Of a DNA stretch of 64,000 nt, positions 27,969 through 38,647 are shown piece after piece (positions within the stretch are counted from its first letter, which is position 1; each line of letters starts with the position of its first letter). The stretch is from positions 48,863 through 112,862 of the forward strand of contig CAZUHV010000002.1 of assembly GCA_964620965.1 (NCBI GenBank). The letters run 5' to 3'. Source of the stretch: an uncultured Pseudomonadales bacterium. Lineage in GTDB: Bacteria > Patescibacteriota > Microgenomatia > UBA1400 > PJMF01. Below the pieces are notes generated by a model, which was given only the letters and a program-made list of their open reading frames with translations, did not search any database and was not told the DNA's origin. Both the position numbers and the translations under genes were made by a program.

Positions 27969-28375
27969 ACTACACATTAGAAGAAAAAGGCAGAATCTCT
28001 TTACCAAAAGAATTTAGACAAAAGAACAACTCTTGGGTTGTTACAAGAGGGTTAGATGGAGGACTTTTCTTATTTGAAGAATCCGATTTCCAAACTCAAC
28101 TTGAGTCACTTTTGTCTCGCACATTCACAAAGAAAAAAAATCGTGACTTTGTAAGGTTGCTCACTAATGAAGCAAAAGTAGTCACTCCAGACAAAAATGG
28201 TCGAGTACAACTGCCCGAGTACTTGATTTCTTTTGCAAAACTAGACAAATCAGTCGTTTTGGTCGGTTCCCTTGAAAAAGTTGAAATTTGGGATAGAGAT
28301 ACCTATCACAGTTACATAGATTCAATCGAATCAAAAGCAGAAGAAATTGCAGAAACACTGGAGGAAAATGAATAA
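27950..28375 (+). CDS. mraZ: transcriptional regulator MraZ
   Basis: MYIGKYYYTLEEKGRISLPKEFR, tandem MraZ domains, first gene of the dcw cluster. Confidence 0.85.
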   Translation: MYIGKYYYTLEEKGRISLPKEFRQKNNSWVVTRGLDGGLFLFEESDFQTQLESLLSRTFTKKKNRDFVRLLTNEAKVVTPDKNGRVQLPEYLISFAKLDKSVVLVGSLEKVEIWDRDTYHSYIDSIESKAEEIAETLEENE

Positions 28376-29267
28376 ACATATTACTGTCATGCTCGAAGAT
28401 GCAGTTGCTGCTTTAGGTATAAAACCAGGTAAATGGTATATAGATGGCACTTTTGGAAGAGGTGGACACACTGCAAAAATCTTAGCAGCAGGTGGCAAAG
28501 TAGTTGCCTTTGATTTTGATCAAGATGCAATTACCTTTGGTAAAGAAAAATTCGCTGCAGAAATTGAAACTGGAAATCTGATTCTAATCAGAGAAAATTT
28601 TTCTCATCTAGCAGAAACCATAGTAACCTTACAAAAAACAAACCAAATTTCAGCAATTGATGGGATTCTTTTTGATTTTGGAACAAGCACTCAACAACTT
28701 ACCTCTCAAGAAAGAGGCTTTAGTTTTGAAGGAGATGGTCCACTAGATATGAGAATGGATCAACGACTTGGAGTTCAAGCTCAAGATTTGCTTGTAGTGA
28801 TTCCAGAAAATCAACTCACCGAACTATTTAAAGTTATGGGAGGTGAAATTGATGCAAAACGAATCTCAAAAGCAATCAAAAGCTCCAAAACACCAATTAC
28901 TACAACAAAACAACTTGCTGATTTGATTCTTAAAGTAAAGGGAAGAAGAAGTAGCAAAATTCATCCTGCAACAAAAGTGTTTCAAGCTTTACGAATTGCA
29001 GTTAATACTGAGCTCGACAATATCTCAGATATGCTTCCTCAAGCTTTAAACATTCTTAAAGATAACGGAAAAATCGTCACGATTGCTTTTCATGAAGGAG
29101 AAGACAGACTGGTAAAACATACCTTTAAATCTTGGGAAACCAGAAACTTAGGATACAACGAAACGAAAAAACCACTCACTCCTTCCGAAACCGAACTTAG
29201 TAACAATCAACGCGCAAGAAGCGCAAAAATGAGGGTCTTTGTTAAAGGAACAAATGAACAACACTAA
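28368..29267 (+). CDS. rsmH: 16S rRNA (cytosine1402-N4)-methyltransferase RsmH (MraW)
   Basis: VMLEDAVAALGIKPGKWYIDGTFGRGGHT SAM-binding motif. GGAGG SD upstream of the ATG at 28368, overlapping the mraZ stop. Confidence 0.85.
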   Translation: MNKHITVMLEDAVAALGIKPGKWYIDGTFGRGGHTAKILAAGGKVVAFDFDQDAITFGKEKFAAEIETGNLILIRENFSHLAETIVTLQKTNQISAIDGILFDFGTSTQQLTSQERGFSFEGDGPLDMRMDQRLGVQAQDLLVVIPENQLTELFKVMGGEIDAKRISKAIKSSKTPITTTKQLADLILKVKGRRSSKIHPATKVFQALRIAVNTELDNISDMLPQALNILKDNGKIVTIAFHEGEDRLVKHTFKSWETRNLGYNETKKPLTPSETELSNNQRARSAKMRVFVKGTNEQH

Positions 29268-29541
29268 AATAAATATTTACTACTCAATCTTACTCCTTGT
29301 TTTAGGTTTAAAAGTTGTAGCAACAATTTTTAGTAATGGACTCAGTGTCCATCATGGAAAAAAAATTGCTCAACTCCAAGTTCAAAAAAGTAATCTATTG
29401 CAACAAGAGATGAAACTGAATAGCGAACTTTCATCAAGATCTTCATTGGCTCAAATCACCGATACATATGATATTTCTGGATATGTTGCAATCTCAAACC
29501 CAGTAATCTTGAATAGCATAACCACAGTTGCTTCGAATTAA
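29254..29541 (+). CDS. ftsL: FtsL-like cell division protein (by position; single TM plus coiled coil)
   Basis: Small bitopic protein between rsmH and ftsI: IYYSILLLVLGLKVVATIF TM helix, then a heptad-like segment. Confidence 0.5.
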   Translation: MNNTKINIYYSILLLVLGLKVVATIFSNGLSVHHGKKIAQLQVQKSNLLQQEMKLNSELSSRSSLAQITDTYDISGYVAISNPVILNSITTVASN

Positions 29542-29592
29542 CTTTTTAAGATTTGCTAGTCTTAAAATCGTAGTTGTTGTATAGTAGCAAAA

Positions 29593-31395
29593 ATGATAAG
29601 TCCCAGAAAAAAAACTGTTCCTCAAACAACTCCAATCCTTTTTAGAGGGAAAATTAGTTTACTTGTTATCTATATTTTTTTAATAGTAATTACAGGAAGG
29701 CTTTTTTACTGGCAGGTACTCAAAAACAGTGACCTTTCTAAAAAAGCTGAAGATCAATATACAAGATCGGTGACCTTAACAGGAAATAGAGGCTCAATCT
29801 ATACTTCAGATGGGTATACTCTTGTTTCAAATGAACAAGTCTATACACTTTTTGCACAACCACACACACTCACACAAAACCCAAAAGATATTACAGAAAA
29901 AATACTTCCAATTCTTCTTTCTGAACTAGAAGAATATACTGATGCTTCTCAAGCAGCTGAAAAAGAAACAATTAAAGCAAATTTTCAAAATCAATTAGAA
30001 GATAAACTAAGCAAGGATTCAAAATGGGTATCCTTAAAAGCAAACTTGTCTGAAAATTCTAAAAAAATGATTGAAGAATTTAATATCTTAGGTCTTGGGT
30101 TTGATACCCATTTAAGAAGATATTATCCAGAAGCATCAATGGCAGCTCATGTTACTGGTTTTGTTGGTAAAGACGAAGATGGTTTAGATATTGGTTATTT
30201 TGGTGTTGAAGGTGCTTTAGAAAATGAACTTAAAGCAAGATCAACTAAAAATACTATTTTAACAGATGCGCTTGGATTACAACTTTCTGGAAAAAATTCT
30301 GTAAAAGAACAACTCATAGATGGAAGAAGCATAACTCTTACAATTAGAAGAGATATTCAAAATATTATAGAATCTGAGCTCAAAAAAGCCGTTGAAGTGT
30401 ATGGAGCAAAATCCGGTGAGATCATTGTTATGGAACCACAAACCGGCAAAATTCTTGGACTAGCAGCATACCCAAACTATCAACAATCAGCGTTTTATAA
30501 ATTTGATTCAGTATTTCATAAAAATCCTACTCTGAGTAACTTATATGAGCCTGGCTCAACATTTAAATCCATTACTGTTGCTGCTGGTATTGAAGAAGGA
30601 GTAATTACCCCAGAAACACAATGTGATAGGTGTGATGGCCCAAGAAGGTTTGGTAAATATACAATTAGAACCTGGAATAACGAGTACACTCCAAATATTA
30701 CGATGGAGGAAGGGCTTGCCAAATCAGATAATACTGCAATGATCTTTATTGCAGAAAAAATTGGAATAGATACATTCCAAGAGTACCTACATAAATTTAA
30801 AGTTGGGGATGAAATCCATATAGATCTGCAAGAAGACCATAACACTCCTTTCCCAGATAATTGGGGAGACGTAAAATTGGCAACAACCTCATTTGGGCAA
30901 GGAGTTGTCACAAATAGTATGCAAGTTTTGCGCGCAGTAAACACAATTGCAAATGGTGGCATTATGATGCGCCCAATGATTGTTGAATCTGTAAAAAATA
31001 CAACTACAGGAGAAGAAATTATTCACCAACCAACACAAGAGGGTAGAGTCATCTCTAGCGAAACTGCCCAAACTGTTACAAAAATGCTAGTTACAGCTGC
31101 ACAACATGGAGAAGCACAATGGATTGCTTCAGCAAAATACCCAGTTGCAGGTAAAACAGGCACTTCACAAGTAGTAACCGAAAATGGGTATGATCCAGAA
31201 AAAACTATCGCAAGTTTTATTGGATATGCCCCTCCAGAAAATCCAAAATTTATCATGATTACTAAGCTAGAAGAGCCAACTTCTTCCCCATGGGCTGCCG
31301 AAACAGCGGCTCCATTGTGGCATAAGATTGCAAATAAATTGTATCTACTATTTAATATAGCCCCAATCAGTGAACAACCTGATAGCCCTGAGTAA
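29593..31395 (+). CDS. ftsI: penicillin-binding protein 2B/FtsI-type transpeptidase
   Basis: SxxK (STFK), SxN (SDN) and KTG (AGKTGTSQ) motifs. N-terminal TM anchor and dimerisation domain. Confidence 0.85.
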   Translation: MISPRKKTVPQTTPILFRGKISLLVIYIFLIVITGRLFYWQVLKNSDLSKKAEDQYTRSVTLTGNRGSIYTSDGYTLVSNEQVYTLFAQPHTLTQNPKDITEKILPILLSELEEYTDASQAAEKETIKANFQNQLEDKLSKDSKWVSLKANLSENSKKMIEEFNILGLGFDTHLRRYYPEASMAAHVTGFVGKDEDGLDIGYFGVEGALENELKARSTKNTILTDALGLQLSGKNSVKEQLIDGRSITLTIRRDIQNIIESELKKAVEVYGAKSGEIIVMEPQTGKILGLAAYPNYQQSAFYKFDSVFHKNPTLSNLYEPGSTFKSITVAAGIEEGVITPETQCDRCDGPRRFGKYTIRTWNNEYTPNITMEEGLAKSDNTAMIFIAEKIGIDTFQEYLHKFKVGDEIHIDLQEDHNTPFPDNWGDVKLATTSFGQGVVTNSMQVLRAVNTIANGGIMMRPMIVESVKNTTTGEEIIHQPTQEGRVISSETAQTVTKMLVTAAQHGEAQWIASAKYPVAGKTGTSQVVTENGYDPEKTIASFIGYAPPENPKFIMITKLEEPTSSPWAAETAAPLWHKIANKLYLLFNIAPISEQPDSPE

Positions 31396-31446
31396 AAATT
31401 TGAAAATAGACTTTAACTTACCAAACAAGTATATATAATAGGATAT

Positions 31447-32679
31447 ATGTATAAACAAATACTCTACAAATTAAAACGCCCCTATCATTTTATAAAAACA
31501 GGAATTCTTGATGGTTTAAAGTCTGAACTGCAAACTGGTTTTCCTTCAAAACAGCTTAAAATTATCACCATTACTGGCACAGATGGAAAAACTACCTCAA
31601 CAACATTGCTGTATCATGTTTTAAAAACTGCAAAAAAAAAGGTTGGACTTCTTTCAACTGTTGCGGCATATTTGGGAACAAAAGCTGTTGATACTGGTTT
31701 TCATGTGACTTCTCCACAGCCTTCTGATCTACAAAAATTTATGAAAGAAATGGTAGATTCTGGCTATGAGTACTTAGTCCTTGAGGTCACTTCTCATGGA
31801 AGTTACCAATATAGGGATTGGGGTGTGAGACCAATTCTTTCTGGAGTTACCAATATTGCAAATGAACACCTCGACTATCATCTTAACTATGCAGAATATT
31901 TAGACGCAAAGGCAAATATTCTTAAAAAAGCACCAACAGCAGTTGTAAATGCTGATGACTATTCATATCAATTTTTAAGAAAAAAACTTTCTACAACCAA
32001 CCTAGTTACCTACTCAAAAGAAAGTGAACTCCCTAAAAAAGTGCAAAAAAGCATTGAAACTCGATTCCCAGAAAACTATAACCAAATGAATGCAAAGCTT
32101 GTATATGCTCTGAGCAAACTACTTCACATTGAAGATGCTGATTTTATAGAAGCAATTAATACATTTAAGGGAGTTCCAGGAAGGATGCAGGTTGTCCCAA
32201 ATAAAAAGAGACTCAACATTGTTGTTGATTTCGCTCATACTCCACAGGGCTTGAGGTCTGTTTTAAGATCACTGCGTGAACAAATTGATAAAAAGCAAAG
32301 CTCTGGAAAACTCATTGCCGTATTTGGATGTGCTGGACAAAGAGACACTAGAAAAAGGCCAGAAATGGGAGAAATAGCAAGTAAAATAGCAGATATAGCT
32401 GTCTTTACTGCAGAAGACCCAAGAGATGAAAATATCTGGTCTATTATTAGACAAATGAAAGAGGGCCTTACGGAAAACCATGATAAAGTAGTTTCAATAG
32501 CAGAACGAGGTGAAGCAATTGAATATGCTATTACCGAACTTGCAAAACCAGGTGATACTGTTGTAGTTCTTGGAAAAGGTCACGAAAAAAGCATGTGTTA
32601 TTTTGGGGTAGAATACCCATGGAATGACGTTGAAGCTATCGAAAAAATCTTAGATGGAAAACATCCAAGAGTAAAATAG
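31447..32679 (+). CDS. murE: Mur ligase, probably UDP-MurNAc-L-Ala-D-Glu--diamino acid ligase MurE with a shortened N-terminal domain
   Basis: ITGTDGKTTST P-loop, DFAHTPQ (compare MurE DYAHTPDAL) and GKGHE motif. Position after ftsI. Only 410 aa. Confidence 0.6.
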   Translation: MYKQILYKLKRPYHFIKTGILDGLKSELQTGFPSKQLKIITITGTDGKTTSTTLLYHVLKTAKKKVGLLSTVAAYLGTKAVDTGFHVTSPQPSDLQKFMKEMVDSGYEYLVLEVTSHGSYQYRDWGVRPILSGVTNIANEHLDYHLNYAEYLDAKANILKKAPTAVVNADDYSYQFLRKKLSTTNLVTYSKESELPKKVQKSIETRFPENYNQMNAKLVYALSKLLHIEDADFIEAINTFKGVPGRMQVVPNKKRLNIVVDFAHTPQGLRSVLRSLREQIDKKQSSGKLIAVFGCAGQRDTRKRPEMGEIASKIADIAVFTAEDPRDENIWSIIRQMKEGLTENHDKVVSIAERGEAIEYAITELAKPGDTVVVLGKGHEKSMCYFGVEYPWNDVEAIEKILDGKHPRVK

Positions 32680-32690
32680 AAAGTTACTAC

Positions 32691-33674
32691 ATGAAACAAA
32701 TTAAGGTTGTAACAATGGGCGGAGGAACTGGAACATTTCCAGTTGTGAGCGCACTTAAAAGACTCGATGTTGACATCACAGCAATTGTCTCTGTATCAGA
32801 TTCTGGAGGATCTACCGGCAGAATTAGAGATGAATTTGGGTTTCAGCCAGTTGGAGACTTGCGCCAGTCACTCGCAGCTCTAGCTGATGAAAAAGGACAA
32901 CAATGGATTCAAAAACTACTTTTATATCGTTTTTCTAAGGGAAACGGACTCAAAGGCCATAATTTGGGGAACCTTATCTTAACAGCTCTGCAAGATATGA
33001 CGGGAAACACCACCCAGTCGTTAGAAATTGCGGAGCATATTTTTAACCTAGATGGATCTGTGATCCCTATTACTTCTAGTTTTGTTGATTTAAAAATTCA
33101 CTATGTTGATGGTACAACCAAGATTGGAGAACACATTCTTGACGAAGAATCGCAGACTTCAAAGAAAATTGAAAAAGTGTCCCTAGAACCAAACTGTGTT
33201 ACAAATAGCTCTGCTAGAGAGGCTTTATTGAACGCAGACCTCATTATTATTGGACCAGGAGACTTATATGCAAGTATTCTTTCTACTTTAGTTTTAGATG
33301 ATACCCAAGATATTTTTTCACAAATTAAAGGAAAAATTGTATATATGTCCAATCTAATGACTCGAGAAACTCAAACACATGGTATGACAGCAAGTGAACA
33401 CTTACAAAAAATTGAAGATGCAATTGGAAAACCAGTAAACTCTATTGTTATAAATAATCAAGAAATCCCCTCTGAAGTGCTCAAAAAGTATGCAGAACAT
33501 AACGAGTTCCCTGTTATTGATGACTTACATGAAGACAAACGTGTCATTAGAACAGAATTGCTATTGAATGAACTTATTGAAAAAAAAGAATACGATACTG
33601 CACACAGATCTTTGCTCCGTCATGATTCAAAAAAACTAGAAGAAACTTTTAAGAAAATAATACAAAATATATAA
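32691..33674 (+). CDS. YvcK/CofD-like gluconeogenesis factor family protein (UPF0052)
   Basis: VVTMGGGTGTFPVVSALKRLDVDITAIVSVSDSGGSTGRIRDEFG signature. Confidence 0.75.
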   Translation: MKQIKVVTMGGGTGTFPVVSALKRLDVDITAIVSVSDSGGSTGRIRDEFGFQPVGDLRQSLAALADEKGQQWIQKLLLYRFSKGNGLKGHNLGNLILTALQDMTGNTTQSLEIAEHIFNLDGSVIPITSSFVDLKIHYVDGTTKIGEHILDEESQTSKKIEKVSLEPNCVTNSSAREALLNADLIIIGPGDLYASILSTLVLDDTQDIFSQIKGKIVYMSNLMTRETQTHGMTASEHLQKIEDAIGKPVNSIVINNQEIPSEVLKKYAEHNEFPVIDDLHEDKRVIRTELLLNELIEKKEYDTAHRSLLRHDSKKLEETFKKIIQNI

Positions 33675-33676
33675 CT

Positions 33677-35089
33677 ATGGCAATTCTTGAATATCAACAT
33701 TTTTATTTAGTAGGCATTAAGGGAGTTGCAATGACAAGCATGGCACAACTTCTTGTTGATGCTCAAAAAACGATTTCTGGCTGTGACCTAGAAGAAGACT
33801 TTGTCACCCAACCTATATTGGATAAACTTGAAATTACAATTGACTCTGGATTTGACCATGAAATACCTGAAAACATTGAGTGTGTCATCTATACTGCGGC
33901 ACATACTGGTAAATTCAACCCAATTGTCACTCAAGCAAACCAGAAAAACATCCCGACTTTTTCTCATGCAGAAGCGCAAGCAGACCTATTTAATCAGAAA
34001 AAAGGTATCGCAGTTTGTGGAGTAGGGGGAAAATCTACAGTCAGTGCAATGATTTCCTGGATTTTTGAAAAAACAAATAACAATACTTCGTTTGCAGTTG
34101 GCGTTGGAAATATTCCTGGATTAAATAAAACAGCACAATGGAATACAGATTCTGAATATTTTATCGCTGAAGCAGACGAATATGTAACTGATCCAAGTGC
34201 TCCAAAAAGAGGAGAAGCTATTACCCCAAGATTTTCTTATCTAAAACCACATATTACTGTTTGTACAAATCTTAAATTTGACCACCCTGATGTTTATGAA
34301 GATTTTGAACATACAAAAGAAGTCTTTTTTAGCTTCTTTAATCAGATTAGTTCAAATGGAACTCTAGTGATGAATGTTGCAGATATGGTTCATAACCCTT
34401 CAACTTCTGCTCAAACTGTTCTCACTTTTGGTACAGATAGCGCAGATTTTTCTTATGATTTTAATCCAAAAGAGCAAAAAGCTGGAATAACAATTGCAAC
34501 TATTACCCATGCAGAAAAACAATATACTTTAGAACTTAAAATACCTGGTGAATATAATGTGCAAAATGCACTTGCGGCAATAGCGGCTTGTTCTTGTGCA
34601 AATATACCAGTCGCAGATTCTGTTTCAGCTCTTAAAACTTTTGCTTCAACCCAAAGAAGATTTGAAAGCTGTGGGACTAAAAATGGAGTAATCTACTATG
34701 ATGATTATGCCCATCACCCAAACGAAATTCAGTCTGCAATAGCTGCACTTAACACCTGGTATACAGATAATAAGAAAATTATTGTTTTTCAACCTCATAC
34801 TTATTCAAGAACAAAACAACTGTTACATGAGTTCGTACACGCATTTAAAAATGCAGATGCAGTATACCTATTAGACATTTTTGCTTCGGCAAGAGAATCC
34901 TTTGATCCTTCTATTTCAAGCGACACTTTATTAGAGGGTATTAAAAAAAATTATCCAAATATTACAATTGAAAACTTACATACAGTTGATTCACTTGCAA
35001 GGTTTTTACAAGAACGCGTTTCCGCCGGAACTGTTGTTTTAACTCTTGGGGCTGGAGATATATATAAAGTACACAATAAAATTAAGTAA
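33677..35089 (+). CDS. murC: UDP-N-acetylmuramate--L-alanine ligase
   Basis: N-terminal FYLVGIKGVAMTSMAQLL (MurC Rossmann domain), GVGGKSTVSAM P-loop. Confidence 0.8.
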   Translation: MAILEYQHFYLVGIKGVAMTSMAQLLVDAQKTISGCDLEEDFVTQPILDKLEITIDSGFDHEIPENIECVIYTAAHTGKFNPIVTQANQKNIPTFSHAEAQADLFNQKKGIAVCGVGGKSTVSAMISWIFEKTNNNTSFAVGVGNIPGLNKTAQWNTDSEYFIAEADEYVTDPSAPKRGEAITPRFSYLKPHITVCTNLKFDHPDVYEDFEHTKEVFFSFFNQISSNGTLVMNVADMVHNPSTSAQTVLTFGTDSADFSYDFNPKEQKAGITIATITHAEKQYTLELKIPGEYNVQNALAAIAACSCANIPVADSVSALKTFASTQRRFESCGTKNGVIYYDDYAHHPNEIQSAIAALNTWYTDNKKIIVFQPHTYSRTKQLLHEFVHAFKNADAVYLLDIFASARESFDPSISSDTLLEGIKKNYPNITIENLHTVDSLARFLQERVSAGTVVLTLGAGDIYKVHNKIK

Positions 35090-35090
35090 T

Positions 35091-36179
35091 ATGCTACACC
35101 TACTCACTCAATTAAAATCTCAATTTCCTCACTTAGAATTCAAAGAAAATTATAGTTTGGCAAAACACACTACCGTAAAAATTGGTGGCCCAGCAGATTT
35201 ATATTGCGAAACAAAAACAAGCGAAAATTTTGTAGCACTTGTTTCTTATATGCGAAAAAATAATCTTCCACTCACACTACTGGGTTGGGGAGCAAATACC
35301 CTCATTTCTGACGCTGGGATCAGAGGTTTAGTTGTAAAAAACACATCACAAGCAATGAGCATTCTTGATTCACAAGGACACAATGAACACACTTTTGATG
35401 AAGCCGAACAGGAACAAATTGCTGCTCGCTGGCAGTCTGATTCAAAAAAAGGTACTTTTACTTATGAATTTAGCGATCTTGACTATGATGAATCAAAATC
35501 AGAGAGAGTTCTTGTGGAACTAGATTCTGGTGTTTCTTTGCCATACGCAATTAACATTCTGATTCAACAAGGAATCACTGGCTTACAGTGGTATTCAAGA
35601 ATTCCTGCAACTGTTGGAGGAGCAATCTACAACAATATTCATGGTGGAACACATTTTATCTCTGAAGTTATCAAATCCGTAACAGTTATTGATGAATTTG
35701 GTACAAAAAAAGTGCTTGATAAAATGGAACTCCAAGCTGGATATGATGTATCTAGATTCCATAAGACAAACGAAACAATTGTTTCAGCAGTGTTTTCACT
35801 GTACAGGGGGGATGCAGAAAAAGCAGCATATGTCGCACGAGAATGGGCGGTAAGAAAATCAATTCAACCTCAAAAATCTCTGGGATGTGTCTTCCAAAAT
35901 ATTAGCAATGAAGTGAAAGATAAATTAGGCTATCCAACAACAAGTGTTGGATACATTGTTGAGCACGTTCTACATAAAAAAGGTTTCCAAATTGGAGATG
36001 CAAAAATTTCCGAAAAACATGCAGCATTTATAGAAAACGTAGGCCTTGCAACAGCTCAAGATTATTTGAATGTAATTAAAACAGTAATATCAGAAACAAA
36101 AGAAAAAACTGGAGTGACTCTTAAACCAGAAATCTTTTTTCTAGGATTTGAGCCTTCAGAACTTGAGGGAATAATATAG
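35091..36179 (+). CDS. murB: UDP-N-acetylenolpyruvoylglucosamine reductase
   Basis: From the ATG at 35091. KHTTVKIGGPADLYCE...LLGWGANTLISDAGIRGLVV FAD-binding MurB signature. Confidence 0.75.
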   Translation: MLHLLTQLKSQFPHLEFKENYSLAKHTTVKIGGPADLYCETKTSENFVALVSYMRKNNLPLTLLGWGANTLISDAGIRGLVVKNTSQAMSILDSQGHNEHTFDEAEQEQIAARWQSDSKKGTFTYEFSDLDYDESKSERVLVELDSGVSLPYAINILIQQGITGLQWYSRIPATVGGAIYNNIHGGTHFISEVIKSVTVIDEFGTKKVLDKMELQAGYDVSRFHKTNETIVSAVFSLYRGDAEKAAYVAREWAVRKSIQPQKSLGCVFQNISNEVKDKLGYPTTSVGYIVEHVLHKKGFQIGDAKISEKHAAFIENVGLATAQDYLNVIKTVISETKEKTGVTLKPEIFFLGFEPSELEGII

Positions 36180-36264
36180 TATTGAGTTCAAAACTCGTTC
36201 TTTATCTGATACAATTTGAGTATTACTTACATAAAAGAATATAAATGTACTTAGAAAGTAGGTT

Positions 36265-37584
36265 TTGATGTCAGAGTTTCACGTCACTGGTGGGGTACCA
36301 CTGCATGGTTCAGTCAGAATTGGTGGTGCAAAAAATGCGTCATATAAACTTATGATCGCGTCCTTATTAGCAGATACTGAATCAAGAATTCTAAACTTTT
36401 CAAGAATTAGCGACGTTGAACTAGTAGCAAAAATCATAGACTATCTTGGGGGCAAAACTACAAGAGCAGGAGAAAGAGCAATTTTTATCGATCCTGCTGG
36501 CCTTAACAGTTTTGAAATTGACAAAGAACACGGAGAACAAGGAAGATTCTCAACTATGTTTATTCCTCCATTACTTGCAAAATTTGGAGAAGCAAGAGTC
36601 CCAGCACCAGGTGGAGATAAAATTGGAAAACGTCCACTTGATAGACACTTTGACGGTTTACGAGCCTTAGGTGCAGAGGTTACATTCGAAAATGGTATGT
36701 ATGTAGCTAAAGCAAAAAAACTTGTTGGAGCAACATACAAATTTGATAAAAATTCACACACTGGCACCGAAACGATGATCATGGCTGCAGTTAAAGCAGA
36801 AGGCACAACAATTCTTGAAAATGCTGCTTTAGAACCAGAAATTGATGATCTTATTGAGTACTTAAATGAGATGGGAGCTAGAATTAGAAGAAGATCATAC
36901 AGAATTATAGAAATAGAAGGTGTAACATCTCTTAAAGGCGCAATTCATAGACTCATTCCAGATAGAAACGAAGCCGTAAGTTATGCATGTGCAGCAATAG
37001 CAACAAAGGGAGACGTTATCATTGAAAATGCACGCCATGAACACCTCACCGCTTTCCTTAAAAAACTCGATGAAATCGGAGCTGGATACGAAGTTGGAAA
37101 CTATGGCATTAGATTCTATTATAAAGGGCCTTTAAGAGCTGCTGATATAACTACAGAAATAGAGCCTGGATTCATGACAGACTGGCAACCTCTCATGGCA
37201 ACTGTTCTTACACAATGCGAAGGCACAAGTGTGCTTCATGAAACAATTATGGCTAATAGATTTCAATATGTTGACGAACTTAACAAAATGGGAGCAAACA
37301 TAGAGAAATTTAACCCAGAGATTTCACATCCAGAAGAAGTGTATAATTTTGATCTTAAAGATGATGAACCAAAAAACATGCATGCAATTAAAATTACTGG
37401 TCCATCAAAGTTAAAAGCAGGAGAATTTGAAGTTAAAGATCTTCGACATGGGGCTACATTGATCCTTGCTGCAATGACTGCAGAGGGAACTTCTATTATT
37501 CGAGGCATTGAACATGTTGATCGTGGCTATGAGTCTCTTGACGAGCGCCTCAAATCAATGGGTGCAAAGATTATCAGAAAGTAA
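36265..37584 (+). CDS. murA: UDP-N-acetylglucosamine 1-carboxyvinyltransferase
   Basis: FHVTGGVPLHGSVRIGGAKNASYKLMIASLLAD, EPSP-synthase fold. 439 aa. Confidence 0.85.
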   Translation: MMSEFHVTGGVPLHGSVRIGGAKNASYKLMIASLLADTESRILNFSRISDVELVAKIIDYLGGKTTRAGERAIFIDPAGLNSFEIDKEHGEQGRFSTMFIPPLLAKFGEARVPAPGGDKIGKRPLDRHFDGLRALGAEVTFENGMYVAKAKKLVGATYKFDKNSHTGTETMIMAAVKAEGTTILENAALEPEIDDLIEYLNEMGARIRRRSYRIIEIEGVTSLKGAIHRLIPDRNEAVSYACAAIATKGDVIIENARHEHLTAFLKKLDEIGAGYEVGNYGIRFYYKGPLRAADITTEIEPGFMTDWQPLMATVLTQCEGTSVLHETIMANRFQYVDELNKMGANIEKFNPEISHPEEVYNFDLKDDEPKNMHAIKITGPSKLKAGEFEVKDLRHGATLILAAMTAEGTSIIRGIEHVDRGYESLDERLKSMGAKIIRK

Positions 37585-37599
37585 TAAGATTATAGTACT

Positions 37600-38643
37600 A
37601 TGAATTCTTTATCTGTTTTGCTGAGCATATTAATTTTGTCTTTTATCACAACTAGCGTTACTGTTGTACCATTTATTGATTTGTTATATAAACTTAAGTT
37701 TCAAAGAGCAAAACAAGATACACGAGATGCTTTTGGGAAACTAACTCCAATATTTAATAAATTTCATGAACAAAAAGCAGGAGTGCCTGTTGGTGGAGGA
37801 CTATTAGTCATTGGTATAGTTTCAATTTTGTTTGCACTTTTAATGCCACTTGTAAAAAAATTTGGTGTTGATATCACAAGCAACTATAAAGATATTCAAA
37901 GCGAAGTTAATATTTTGTTTTTTACCTTTTTATCTTTTGGAGTTTTAGGACTTTACGATGACATCAAAAAATTCTTTAAGTTTCAGACTTCCGGTTTTTT
38001 TGGTTTAAGAATGAAGCATAAGTTATTGTTTCAAATCATATTAGCAACAATTATTGCCTGGATGCTCTACTATAATCTTGGCATTTCTATCTTACACATT
38101 CCATTTATTGGAACATTTCATCTTGGTATTTTATATGTTCCATTTGCAACTTTCACAATTGTTGCATTTGCAAATGCTGTGAATATCACAGATGGTTTAG
38201 ACGGTTTGGCATCTGGGGCACTCATGATTTCGCTCTTTGGCCTTTGGTTTTTGTCATCTAAAATTTTAGATGTACCACTGGCTATTTTTCTAGCTCTTTT
38301 AATCGGCTCACTCATTTCATTTTTATACTTCAATGTTTTCCCAGCCCGTATATTCATGGGAGATGTTGGCTCACTTGCCTTTGGGGCAACACTCGCCGTC
38401 ATCGGCTTACTACTTGGTAAAACGATTGCACTCATTGTGATTGGGTTTATCTTTGTTTTTGAAATAACTACTTCACTAATACAACTAGTTTCTAAAAAAT
38501 TCTTTAAGAAAAAAATCTTTCCTGCAGCGCCATTTCATCTTTCTTTGCAAAGATATGGATGGGAAGAACCAAAAATTGTTCAAAGGGCGTGGCTAGTTCA
38601 AATTATGCTCACACTCTTTGGAGTCTGGTTAGCTGTCTTGTAA
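37600..38643 (+). CDS. mraY: phospho-N-acetylmuramoyl-pentapeptide transferase
   Basis: ANAVNITDGLDGLASG and DVGSLAFGA motifs. 10 TM. Confidence 0.85.
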   Translation: MNSLSVLLSILILSFITTSVTVVPFIDLLYKLKFQRAKQDTRDAFGKLTPIFNKFHEQKAGVPVGGGLLVIGIVSILFALLMPLVKKFGVDITSNYKDIQSEVNILFFTFLSFGVLGLYDDIKKFFKFQTSGFFGLRMKHKLLFQIILATIIAWMLYYNLGISILHIPFIGTFHLGILYVPFATFTIVAFANAVNITDGLDGLASGALMISLFGLWFLSSKILDVPLAIFLALLIGSLISFLYFNVFPARIFMGDVGSLAFGATLAVIGLLLGKTIALIVIGFIFVFEITTSLIQLVSKKFFKKKIFPAAPFHLSLQRYGWEEPKIVQRAWLVQIMLTLFGVWLAVL

Positions 38644-38647
38644 TTGT